From: a virus
Lineage: Duplodnaviria > Caudoviricetes
DNA length: 49,550 nt
Strand: one strand, 5' to 3'
IMG/VR virus record: IMGVR_UViG_3300025600_000024
Location: 1 to 49,550 of that record
Shown here: piece after piece, positions 15,475 to 24,017 of the stretch
Numbering within the stretch: the stretch's first letter is position 1
How the letters are laid out: each line of letters opens with the position of its first letter
The notes under the pieces: generated by a model
What the model saw: only the letters and a program-made list of their open reading frames with translations
Database searches by the model: none
What the model was told of the DNA's origin: nothing
Program-made: the position numbers and the translations under genes

Positions 15475-16281
15475 ATGAAACAACCAACACAAGTAGTAAC
15501 CGGCCAGGTAAGATTGACATTTCCGCATTTATTCCAACCCTATGCAAACCAACAGGGGCAAAAGGAAAAGTATTCTGTCACCATGTTGCTTCCTAAAACA
15601 GACGTGGCCACCAAAGCAAAGATGGATTTTGCTATTAATGCCGCAATCGAAGCGGGTATTTCTAAAAGTTGGAGTGGTCAACGCCCTCCAAAGATCAACA
15701 TCTCCGTCCATGATGGCGATGGCGTAAGGCCAAACGGTGAAGCGTTCGGGGCGGAATGCAAAGGGCATTGGGTGTTTACGGCTTCCAGCAACAATGCTCC
15801 GCAGGTGGTTATGTATCCTTCATTGGATCCGATCCTCAATGAATCAGATATTTACTCCGGCATCTATGCCCTTGTATCTGTTAACTTCTTTTCATACAGC
15901 TCTAACGGAAACAAAGGTATTGGTATTGGTCTTAACAACGTGGCAAAGGTTTCTGATGGCGAACCTCTGGGCGGCGGTCGAACAACAGCAGCCAACGATT
16001 TTGCGGATGTTGCGGCACAGGGACAACAGAATTATCAGCAGCAACAGCAAGCTCCACAACAGAATTACCAACAACCTCAACAACAGGCGTATCAGCAGCA
16101 AGCCCCCGCACAGGGACAACAGCCACAACAGAATTATCAGCAAGCGCCGGCACAACAAAATTATCAACAGCAAGACAGCCCAATGCCTGCTCAATTTCAA
16201 ATTGATCCAATTACCGGGCAACCACTTCAGCAGCAAATTGATCCTATCACAGGTCAACCGATGACTGTGTATGGGATATGA
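15475..16281 (+). CDS. DUF2815 family ssDNA-binding protein with Gln-rich tail
   Basis: KYSVTMLLPK, HDGDG, IYSG.YA, GNKGIG.GLNNV.K..DGEPLGG. Confidence 0.9.
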   Translation: MKQPTQVVTGQVRLTFPHLFQPYANQQGQKEKYSVTMLLPKTDVATKAKMDFAINAAIEAGISKSWSGQRPPKINISVHDGDGVRPNGEAFGAECKGHWVFTASSNNAPQVVMYPSLDPILNESDIYSGIYALVSVNFFSYSSNGNKGIGIGLNNVAKVSDGEPLGGGRTTAANDFADVAAQGQQNYQQQQQAPQQNYQQPQQQAYQQQAPAQGQQPQQNYQQAPAQQNYQQQDSPMPAQFQIDPITGQPLQQQIDPITGQPMTVYGI

Positions 16282-16811
16282 GCCAGTCATCAAAAGAAGT
16301 ATGGAAAGATATCCCGGGACACGAGAACAAATATCAAGCAAGTGATCAGGGAAATATAAGGAGCTTAACAAGGCAGATTACCCAAATTGGCCGATGGGGA
16401 AAACCATTTACAAGAACAATAAAAGGGCGTGTTTTACGCCCTGGACGTTATGCCTCATCTGGTCATATTTCAGTAGTATTAGGGCATGGGGCGAATGGAA
16501 GCCCTGTACACCAACTGGTAGCATTAACCTTCATAGGGCCCCGACCTGAAAAAGCAGACACCCGCCACCTAAACGGGATTCCGACTGATAACCGAGTAGA
16601 AAATCTTTGTTATGGTAGTCGAACGGAAAATATACTCGACCATTTCCGGCAAGGAAAAGCATGGAGAAAGCTAGATTATAATCAGATGATGGAAATTAAG
16701 GAGAAATTGAAAGCAGGTAAAACCGGACACGCTTTAGCTGTCGAATATAAAGTTTCTGATGTAGCTATTTCAAACATTAAAGTTGGGAGATATAAATCAT
16801 GCGGCATCTAG
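16278..16811 (+). CDS. NUMOD4 + HNH homing endonuclease
   Basis: EVWKDIPG.E.KYQAS..G.IRS (NUMOD4); VHQLVA..F, RHLNG...DNR.ENL (HNH). Confidence 0.92.
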   Translation: MSQSSKEVWKDIPGHENKYQASDQGNIRSLTRQITQIGRWGKPFTRTIKGRVLRPGRYASSGHISVVLGHGANGSPVHQLVALTFIGPRPEKADTRHLNGIPTDNRVENLCYGSRTENILDHFRQGKAWRKLDYNQMMEIKEKLKAGKTGHALAVEYKVSDVAISNIKVGRYKSCGI

Positions 16812-18790
16812 CAATTGATCTTGAAACCTACAGCGATGTAGATATTTCCAAATCGGGACTGTACAAATATGTACAGTCCCCAAATTTTCAAATTTTGCTT
16901 TTTGCTTACTCCCTCGATGGCGCACCGGTTGAAATCTTTGACCTTGGGCAGGGAGAATTTATCCCTGAAGGGATTACTGACGCTCTCTTTGATCCTGATA
17001 TTATCAAACATGCCTACAACGCCGCTTTCGAATGGTATTGCTTATCAAAATATTATAATTACAATATAATCGGTGATCCAATCGATTGGCTAAAACAATG
17101 GCAATGTACTATGTTTCATGGTCTTTACTGTGGGTACCCTGCAGGACTGGGTGCAGCAGGACACGCCCTGGGACTTCCAGAGGACAAACAGAAAGACACC
17201 GCCGGGAAAGCCTTGATTCGGTATTTCTGCATTCCCAGTAAACCAACTAAAACAAATGGTGGGCGACTTAGGAACCTACCCCATCATGACATTGATAAAT
17301 GGAACCTTTTCAAAGAATATTGTAAGCAGGATGTTGTGGTTGAAATGGAAATCGAAAAGAAATTATCCGGATTTCCTATCCCGGATCTTGAACAGCATTA
17401 CTGGCGACTTGATCAGAAAATGAACGTCAATGGGATTAAGGTTGATACCGAACTGATTGACAGTGCTATTTACTGTAATGATGTGATTATGGATGAATTA
17501 AAAAAAGAAGCAATTGAAATAACAGGACTGGCAAACCCTAACAGTACAGCACAATTAGGTGCCTGGTTAAATGATCAGGGTGTCGAAGTGGTTAACCTCA
17601 AAAAGGAAACCGTGGCTGATCTCATTACTAAAACAACCGGTGATGCTAAACGAATGCTTGAAATCAGACAGGAAAGCTCAAAAACAAGTGTTAAAAAGTA
17701 TCATGCTATGGTGTTTACCACCGGTGAAGAAGATCGGATCAGAGGGCTCCTGCGGTTTTATGGGGCCAACCGAACCGGACGATGGGCGGGGCGTTTTGTG
17801 CAAATGCAGAACCTCCCACGAAATTATCTGGAAACTTTGGATCATGCCCGATCCTGTGTAAAAAATAGAAAAGTGGATGCTTTGAAAATGGTTTATGGCA
17901 ATATCCCGGACACTCTTTCTCAGTTGATCCGGACGGCTTTTATTCCCTCGGAGGGTCGAACCTTCGTGGTATCTGATTTCTCAGCGATCGAAGCACGGGT
18001 TATTGCCTGGATGGCTCAGGAGGAATGGCGTCAGGAGGTGTTTGCCACTCATGGCAAGATCTATGAAGCTTCAGCCAGCGCCATGTTTGGGGTGCCCCTT
18101 GAAAAAATAGTAAAAGGAAACCCTGAATATGCTTTACGGCAAAAAGGAAAGATCGCAGAACTGGCGCTAGGATATCAAGGGTCCTCCGGGGCACTGATAA
18201 CTATGGGTGCTCTTAAAATGGGATTGTCTGAAGATGAATTACCAGACATTGTAAAAAGATGGCGCCAGGCTAATAAACGAATTGTAAACCTCTGGTATAA
18301 AATTGGTGGCGCTGCTATTGAAACCATGCAGACCGGGCAAGCAACCACCATTAATAATGTGACTATTGCCCGTGAAGGGGATTTTGAAAATGGCCAGGAC
18401 TTTTTAACCATTAAACTGCCAAACGAAAGAAAATTATTTTATGTGAAGCCCTTTTTAAGTGAAAACCGATGGGGCCATGATTCTCTGCATTATCAAGGGA
18501 TGGATCAGACAACAAAGAAATGGGTGAACCTTGAAACCTATGGCGGTAAATTGGTGGAAAACATTGTCCAGGCTATTGCCCGTGATTGTTTAGCGGTTGC
18601 TATTGATCGGCTGGATCAGGAAGGTTATCAATCGGTAATGAGTATCCATGATGAAGTGATCATTGATTGCCCAACGGATCAGGCAGACCTGAATCATATT
18701 AATGAGGTTATGGGTCAACCGCTCCCATGGGCGCCGGGGTTACTTCTAAATGCTGAAGGATTTATTACTGATTATTATAAGAAAGATTAG
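16799..18790 (+). CDS. Family A DNA polymerase with 3'-5' exonuclease
   Basis: IDLET (ExoI), RTGRWAG, DFSAIEAR (motif A), RQKGKIAELALGY (motif B), IHDE (motif C). Confidence 0.96.
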   Translation: MRHLAIDLETYSDVDISKSGLYKYVQSPNFQILLFAYSLDGAPVEIFDLGQGEFIPEGITDALFDPDIIKHAYNAAFEWYCLSKYYNYNIIGDPIDWLKQWQCTMFHGLYCGYPAGLGAAGHALGLPEDKQKDTAGKALIRYFCIPSKPTKTNGGRLRNLPHHDIDKWNLFKEYCKQDVVVEMEIEKKLSGFPIPDLEQHYWRLDQKMNVNGIKVDTELIDSAIYCNDVIMDELKKEAIEITGLANPNSTAQLGAWLNDQGVEVVNLKKETVADLITKTTGDAKRMLEIRQESSKTSVKKYHAMVFTTGEEDRIRGLLRFYGANRTGRWAGRFVQMQNLPRNYLETLDHARSCVKNRKVDALKMVYGNIPDTLSQLIRTAFIPSEGRTFVVSDFSAIEARVIAWMAQEEWRQEVFATHGKIYEASASAMFGVPLEKIVKGNPEYALRQKGKIAELALGYQGSSGALITMGALKMGLSEDELPDIVKRWRQANKRIVNLWYKIGGAAIETMQTGQATTINNVTIAREGDFENGQDFLTIKLPNERKLFYVKPFLSENRWGHDSLHYQGMDQTTKKWVNLETYGGKLVENIVQAIARDCLAVAIDRLDQEGYQSVMSIHDEVIIDCPTDQADLNHINEVMGQPLPWAPGLLLNAEGFITDYYKKD

Positions 18791-18806
18791 GAGGTTTGAA
18801 AGCAAA

Positions 18807-19022
18807 ATGATTGATTTAAGTGATGTTGAATGTATGACCACAACGATGCGAGGAGAAAAAGCCTTTACAACAAAGCACCTATCTCTGATTTTGGGTGTTG
18901 GTGTCCCAACTGTGCAAAAATGGCTTAGGAATAAAAAGATTAAATCCCACAGGATGTCCGGCAGCGAGTATTTTGTGACCGAAAGTCAGTTGCGATCGTA
19001 TTATGAAAGTAAAGGGTTTTAG
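18807..19022 (+). CDS. HTH_17/MerR-like DNA-binding protein
   Basis: FTTK.LS.ILGV...TVQKWLR..KIK; AGGAGG RBS. Confidence 0.7.
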   Translation: MIDLSDVECMTTTMRGEKAFTTKHLSLILGVGVPTVQKWLRNKKIKSHRMSGSEYFVTESQLRSYYESKGF

Positions 19023-19025
19023 ATA

Positions 19026-19256
19026 ATGGACTTGCTTAAATTAATATTGAAGCCCTGCCCTTTCTGTGGCGAGAAGCCAAGAACGAAAGGCGCTAAGTAT
19101 AACGAGATGGGATGTTACGGCGGTAAGGAAACCGAAAAACACTGGTATGGCGTTTATTGTCCTGAATGCCTTATAAATCAACCAAAGAGAACTTATTTCT
19201 CAAAGGAAGAAGCAGTTGAGAAATGGAATGAAAGGAAAAAAGTAAATGAAACTTGA
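19026..19256 (+). CDS. Lar-family restriction alleviation protein
   Basis: LKPCPFCG, V.C..C, EA.EKWNER. Confidence 0.8.
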   Translation: MDLLKLILKPCPFCGEKPRTKGAKYNEMGCYGGKETEKHWYGVYCPECLINQPKRTYFSKEEAVEKWNERKKVNET

Positions 19257-19569
19257 TTGTAGTGATCTTAGTAATTTTGTAAAAGAACGAAACCGAAGAT
19301 ATCAATCAACAGGAAATCCAACAATTGGGCCATTTATAGTGATGACAGATAAACAAATAGAAGAAGCAATTAAAGATTTGCAATCATGGTCCGACGGTCA
19401 CCCACAAAAGACATATCTGGATGATTTCAAAGAAAAATTTCCAAACGCAAGAATAGATGAAAATGGTATTCCTTATTGTTGCCTTAGAAATTTAAGAGGT
19501 AACCTTAAGTGCTTAAATCCTATAGATTGTTTTAATTGTTGGAATCAAATAATGGAGGAAAATAAATGA
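19246..19569 (+). CDS. Hypothetical phage protein, Cys-rich C-terminus
   Basis: HPQKTYLDDFKEKFPNA...C..CWN motif. Confidence 0.7.
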   Translation: MKLDCSDLSNFVKERNRRYQSTGNPTIGPFIVMTDKQIEEAIKDLQSWSDGHPQKTYLDDFKEKFPNARIDENGIPYCCLRNLRGNLKCLNPIDCFNCWNQIMEENK

Positions 19570-19958
19570 GTAGAGAAATAATCTTCCGAGGCATCCGCAT
19601 TGATAATGGTCAGTGGGTTTATGGCTATTATGTGAAAAATAAACTCAGTGGAAAATGTTATATCATCGATGCTCACAAGAACGCAGCCGATCCGGTCAAA
19701 GTTATTCCGGAAACAGTTGGGGAATATACGGGATTGGAAGATAAAAAAGGAGCCCAAATTTTTGAGGGTGATGTATTACAGGATTATGCTAAAAACGGAA
19801 AACCAATATCTCAGGTTGTTATATTTTGGAGTATCGGATTTTGGGATGGGGAACCCTTGGAGGGTTCGATTTATAGATTATGTTATGCAGGATATAAACG
19901 TGCGGAAGTAATTGGCAATATCCACCAGAACCCGGAACTCTTGGAGGCCACAAAATGA
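19566..19958 (+). CDS. YopX family protein (copy 1)
   Basis: MSREIIFRG, TVGEYTGL.DK.G..IFEGD, EVIGNIHQNPELL. Confidence 0.9.
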   Translation: MSREIIFRGIRIDNGQWVYGYYVKNKLSGKCYIIDAHKNAADPVKVIPETVGEYTGLEDKKGAQIFEGDVLQDYAKNGKPISQVVIFWSIGFWDGEPLEGSIYRLCYAGYKRAEVIGNIHQNPELLEATK

Positions 19959-20356
19959 GTAGAGAAATATTATTCCGTGGATTAGCAGGGAGTGTATGGA
20001 GATACGGCGATTATGAAACATATACCTTCAATAAAAAAGTAAGCCAGATCTGTACAAAGAAAAAAGAACATTACACTGTTGATGATACCGTAGGGCAATA
20101 TACTGGACGAAAAGACAAAATCGGAAAAAGGGTATTTGAGGGCGACCTTGTAAAATTTACACATTATGGCGATGTTCATACCGCTAAAATTGTATTTAAC
20201 GAGGGAACCTGTGGCTTTGAAATTTGGTACACGTCGGTTGTTGGAGCCTACGGCGAAAAAGCTACTCATAAAGCAAATTTTTATGATAAAGAGATTGAGG
20301 TTATCGGGAACATCCACCAGAACCCGGAGCTTTTAACCCCGTGGAGGGGTATATGA
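19955..20356 (+). CDS. YopX family protein (copy 2)
   Basis: MSREILFRG, TVGQYTG.KDK.G..VFEGD, EVIGNIHQNPELL. Confidence 0.9.
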   Translation: MSREILFRGLAGSVWRYGDYETYTFNKKVSQICTKKKEHYTVDDTVGQYTGRKDKIGKRVFEGDLVKFTHYGDVHTAKIVFNEGTCGFEIWYTSVVGAYGEKATHKANFYDKEIEVIGNIHQNPELLTPWRGI

Positions 20357-20523
20357 AAAGATTTCTGAAGCAATTATGGAATATGAAAAAAGGAAAGCCA
20401 AAGTGCTTCAGACCACAGGAGTGCAAATACCCTTTGTGCATTGGGGGAAGATACCCTCAAGAGTTTGCGGAAAATGACTGTATACACTGCAACCTGTATA
20501 AAGCTACTGAATTATATGATTAA
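20353..20523 (+). CDS. Small Cys-rich hypothetical protein
   Basis: ATGA overlap with GGAGG RBS. Confidence 0.55.
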   Translation: MKRFLKQLWNMKKGKPKCFRPQECKYPLCIGGRYPQEFAENDCIHCNLYKATELYD

Positions 20524-20550
20524 GCATAATAAGGATTAAAGGAGGATTTT

Positions 20551-23067
20551 ATGGTTCATGACAAGCAAATACAAATTTCAGCAGCCGGCAGCCGAAGAGC
20601 TACCTCCTGGCCATCGCAACGGCTGCAATGGTCAGAATTCGTTGATAAATTAAGAACACCGGTAAGGAGCACAGAGACACTACAAACTTACCTAGCCTAC
20701 CCGAAGTCGCAGCAGGATGAGTTAAAAGATGTTGGCGGTTTTGTTGGTGGTACCTTAGAGGGTAACCGCCGTAAAGCCGGGCATGTTTTAGGCCGGGACA
20801 TACTAACACTGGACATGGATAATATCCCCTCAGAGGGCGCAGAAACGATTTTAAAACGTATCGGGGGTTTAGGCTTTGCCGTGGCTGTTTACAGTACCAG
20901 GAAGCACGAAGCAATCAAACCACGGTTACGGATCACAGCACCTTTGTCCAGGACTGTGACCGCCGATGAATATGAACCGATCGCCAGAAAGCTGGCCAGT
21001 ATTTTAGGGATTGAATTTTGTGATCCTACCACCTTTGAAGCGTGCCGGTTAATGTACTGGCCATCATGCTGCAGTGACAGTCAATACCTGTTTCATGTTT
21101 GGGATAACCCTTTCATTGACGCTGATCAGATGCTTAACATGTATGGCAACTGGCATGATATCGCAGAGTGGCCAAAGGTCCCAGGAGCCGATCAAGCACA
21201 CGAACGATTATTAAAGAAACAAGAGGATCCGACACTTAAAAGGGGTGTTGTGGGCGCTTTCTGTAAGACCTATGACATTCTCACAGCCATTGAAACATTT
21301 ATCCCGGGGGAATACTCTGCTTGTGATACAGAGGGCCGTTTAACCTTCACCGGTGGATCAACAACCGGCGGGGCTTTGATCTATGACAACGGGCTTTTCC
21401 TTTACTCTCATCATGCAACCGATCCTTGTGGGGGTAAGCTGGTCAACGCTTTTGATCTGGTCCGGCTGCATAAGTTTAGCAACCAGGACGATGAAGCTGC
21501 ACCAGGGACGCCGGTTAACCGGATGCCATCCTTCACGGCCATGTGTCAGTTTGCCGTGGCTGATAAGGCCGTAACAGGACTGATGAATCAAGAGCGATAT
21601 GAACAGGCAACTGAAGAGTTCTCACAGGCAAATCTTGTGGGGGTTGTCCCAGGGGTTGTATTAGAACCGGAAAGTTTGGAGTGGATCAATCGAATGGAGG
21701 TAGCACCAACAACCGGTGTCCCCACTAAAACAATCGATAATGTCTTGATTATTTTGGAAAATGACCCACAACTAAAAGGAAAACTGGCTTTTGATGAGTT
21801 CTCAAACAGGGTACTGGCCATGGGGCCGCTGCCCTGGGACAACCGAAAAGACCGACGGATCTGGATGGATACCGACGACGCCGGAGTCATGCACTATTTA
21901 GAGTTAGTATATAAGATCCAATTAGCTGATAAACGACTCTTTGCGGCTATGACATTGTGTGCTCAAAAGAACAAATTCAACGATATTCAAAGCTATTTAC
22001 TAGGGCTTAAATGGGACGGTACCAAACGGCTTAATAATCTTTTGACCGACTATTTAGGCGCTGAAGATACGATCTACACCCAGGCGGTGATACGTAAAAG
22101 TTTAGCTGCGGCCGTTGCTAGAGCCATGACACCGGGGGCTAAATATGATTACATGCCAATCTTAGCCGGAGCCCAGGGGATTGGTAAAAGCACCTTTCTA
22201 AGGTTATTAGGGCATCGCTGGTACTCCGACAGTTTACAGACTTTTGAAGGAAAAGAAGCCTCTGAAATGATTCAAGGGACCTGGATCAATGAGTTAGGGG
22301 AACTCACAGGAATGTCCCGATCTGAGAATAATGCCGTCAAACAATTTTTAAGTCGGACCGAGGATATCTATAGAGAACCTTTTGGACGACGTACCGGGAT
22401 CTATCCGAGGCGTTGCGTGTTTTTCGGCACAACCAATGACAGTGAGTTTTTAAGAGATCATACAGGAAACAGACGGTTCTGGCCGGTTGATGTGGGGATC
22501 CAGGAGCCCACGAAAGATATTTTTAAAGAATTGTTGGATGAAGTCCCCCAAATATGGGCGGAAGCTTATGTTGCCTGGCAACTGGGAGAACCCTTGTTTT
22601 TGTCCGGAGAACTGGAACAAATGTCAAAAGACATCCAGGAAGGCCATCGTGAGATCAGCGCAAAAGAAGGAACCATTCGGGAATTTCTTGAACGCAGAAT
22701 ACCGACTACCTGGGAAAAAAGAAACCTGGGCGAACGCCGGATGTTCTGGGCTTGTGATAATAACCAAAGAGAAAAGGAGCTTGTCGAGCGTGATCGCATA
22801 TGTGCCTTGGAGGTGTGGTGCGAATGCCTGGGGGGTGATATTAAATATATTAAGAGGCAGGACACCCTTGAAATAAATCATATTCTTGAAAGTACTACAG
22901 GTTGGGAAAAGAACAGAAACGGCGCCCGTTTTGGGCAGCCTTATGGCTTTCAAAGAGGATTTTCGAGGACCGATACAAACAAAGTGATACTTTGCCAATT
23001 TTCAGCGATACATTCAGAGAATGTATCACCTGTCGCTGATACATTGATACATTCTGATACATTCTAA
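20551..23067 (+). CDS. Primase-helicase, virulence-associated protein E (VapE) family
   Basis: KDVGGFVGG, LDMD, YSTRKH, RLMYWPS (primase part); GAQGIGKST Walker A, WINELGEL, TGNRRFWP. Confidence 0.92.
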   Translation: MVHDKQIQISAAGSRRATSWPSQRLQWSEFVDKLRTPVRSTETLQTYLAYPKSQQDELKDVGGFVGGTLEGNRRKAGHVLGRDILTLDMDNIPSEGAETILKRIGGLGFAVAVYSTRKHEAIKPRLRITAPLSRTVTADEYEPIARKLASILGIEFCDPTTFEACRLMYWPSCCSDSQYLFHVWDNPFIDADQMLNMYGNWHDIAEWPKVPGADQAHERLLKKQEDPTLKRGVVGAFCKTYDILTAIETFIPGEYSACDTEGRLTFTGGSTTGGALIYDNGLFLYSHHATDPCGGKLVNAFDLVRLHKFSNQDDEAAPGTPVNRMPSFTAMCQFAVADKAVTGLMNQERYEQATEEFSQANLVGVVPGVVLEPESLEWINRMEVAPTTGVPTKTIDNVLIILENDPQLKGKLAFDEFSNRVLAMGPLPWDNRKDRRIWMDTDDAGVMHYLELVYKIQLADKRLFAAMTLCAQKNKFNDIQSYLLGLKWDGTKRLNNLLTDYLGAEDTIYTQAVIRKSLAAAVARAMTPGAKYDYMPILAGAQGIGKSTFLRLLGHRWYSDSLQTFEGKEASEMIQGTWINELGELTGMSRSENNAVKQFLSRTEDIYREPFGRRTGIYPRRCVFFGTTNDSEFLRDHTGNRRFWPVDVGIQEPTKDIFKELLDEVPQIWAEAYVAWQLGEPLFLSGELEQMSKDIQEGHREISAKEGTIREFLERRIPTTWEKRNLGERRMFWACDNNQREKELVERDRICALEVWCECLGGDIKYIKRQDTLEINHILESTTGWEKNRNGARFGQPYGFQRGFSRTDTNKVILCQFSAIHSENVSPVADTLIHSDTF

Positions 23068-23235
23068 TGTATCGCCCGAAACGCTGACAGTTAAAGGGCT
23101 AGAGGTCTACTGATACATTGATACATTAAATAGATAGTAGTAAGTAATATAGAGTAATTAGGGAGCGCGCGTGTACATATGACCTGCCTGTACACAAACA
23201 CCCGCCTACGCGCGTAAAGTTTGTCACTTTGTATC
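22972..23235. repeat. Iteron cluster, putative replication origin
   Basis: GATACATT direct at 23007, 23038, 23046, 23056, 23112, 23120 and inverted at 23020, 23066; partial copies at 22972 and 23230; adjacent AT-rich tract. Confidence 0.75.
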
Positions 23236-23260
23236 ACTACATTTTGAAAGAAGGTTTAAT

Positions 23261-23557
23261 ATGCAGGAAAAAGACGTTGAACAATATTTAAGAGACCAAG
23301 TTAAATCAATCGGCGGTAAAGCTTATAAATTTGTTAGTCCCGGCAATAGAGGTGTACCTGACAGAATGGTATGTCTTCCAGGTGGAAGAATTGTTTTTGT
23401 AGAGCTTAAGGCAACGGGTAAAACAACCTCTGATCAGCAGGATCTACAAATTGCTAAATTACAGGAATTAGGTTTTCACGTTATGTGCTTTGATAATAAA
23501 AGCATCATCGATGATTACATAGAGATCTGGAAAGAGGCAGGAAATGATAGAAACTAA
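23261..23557 (+). CDS. VRR-NUC domain nuclease
   Basis: KFVSPG..GVPDR....GG...FVELKA. Confidence 0.92.
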   Translation: MQEKDVEQYLRDQVKSIGGKAYKFVSPGNRGVPDRMVCLPGGRIVFVELKATGKTTSDQQDLQIAKLQELGFHVMCFDNKSIIDDYIEIWKEAGNDRN

Positions 23558-24017
23558 ATGCCATTGGTGTGGCAAAACTATATACAGATATAAAGGTAAA
23601 TTGACAGAACATAATTTTTGCAGTCATGATTGTCAAAATAAATGGCGATCAAAGGAGCATAATCCTGCCGGGTATTTGAAAAATAAAAATTCACCTTTCA
23701 AGTATTTGAACAAAGAGCTTAATAAAACGAAAATGACCAAAGAAGTAAAGACAAAGTTACGTCAAGCAAGATTAGGAACGGGTGAAGGTAAAGGTTATGC
23801 AAAAACCTATGGTAAACACGATCACAGAATAGCGGCTGAAAAAATGTTAGGTCGAGCTTTAAAGCCAGGCGAAGTTGTTCATCATATTGATCGTAAGAAA
23901 AGAAACAACCTACCTGAAAACTTAATGGTTTTTAGTAGCCAATCCGAACATTTTAAATGGCATAAAAAACATGATCACGAGGAGGTGATGTCAAATGTCC
24001 GTGTTCAAACCACATGA
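23544..24017 (+). CDS. Free-standing HNH endonuclease with N-terminal Cys4 zinc finger
   Basis: CHWCG..FCS..C; HR..AE..LGR.L...EVVHHID...NN.PENL. Confidence 0.9.
   Translation: MIETKCHWCGKTIYRYKGKLTEHNFCSHDCQNKWRSKEHNPAGYLKNKNSPFKYLNKELNKTKMTKEVKTKLRQARLGTGEGKGYAKTYGKHDHRIAAEKMLGRALKPGEVVHHIDRKKRNNLPENLMVFSSQSEHFKWHKKHDHEEVMSNVRVQTT

Noticed and set aside
23007-23127. Repeat cluster as a CRISPR array
   Set aside because: 8-bp units, irregular spacing and mixed orientation; no repeat-spacer pattern.
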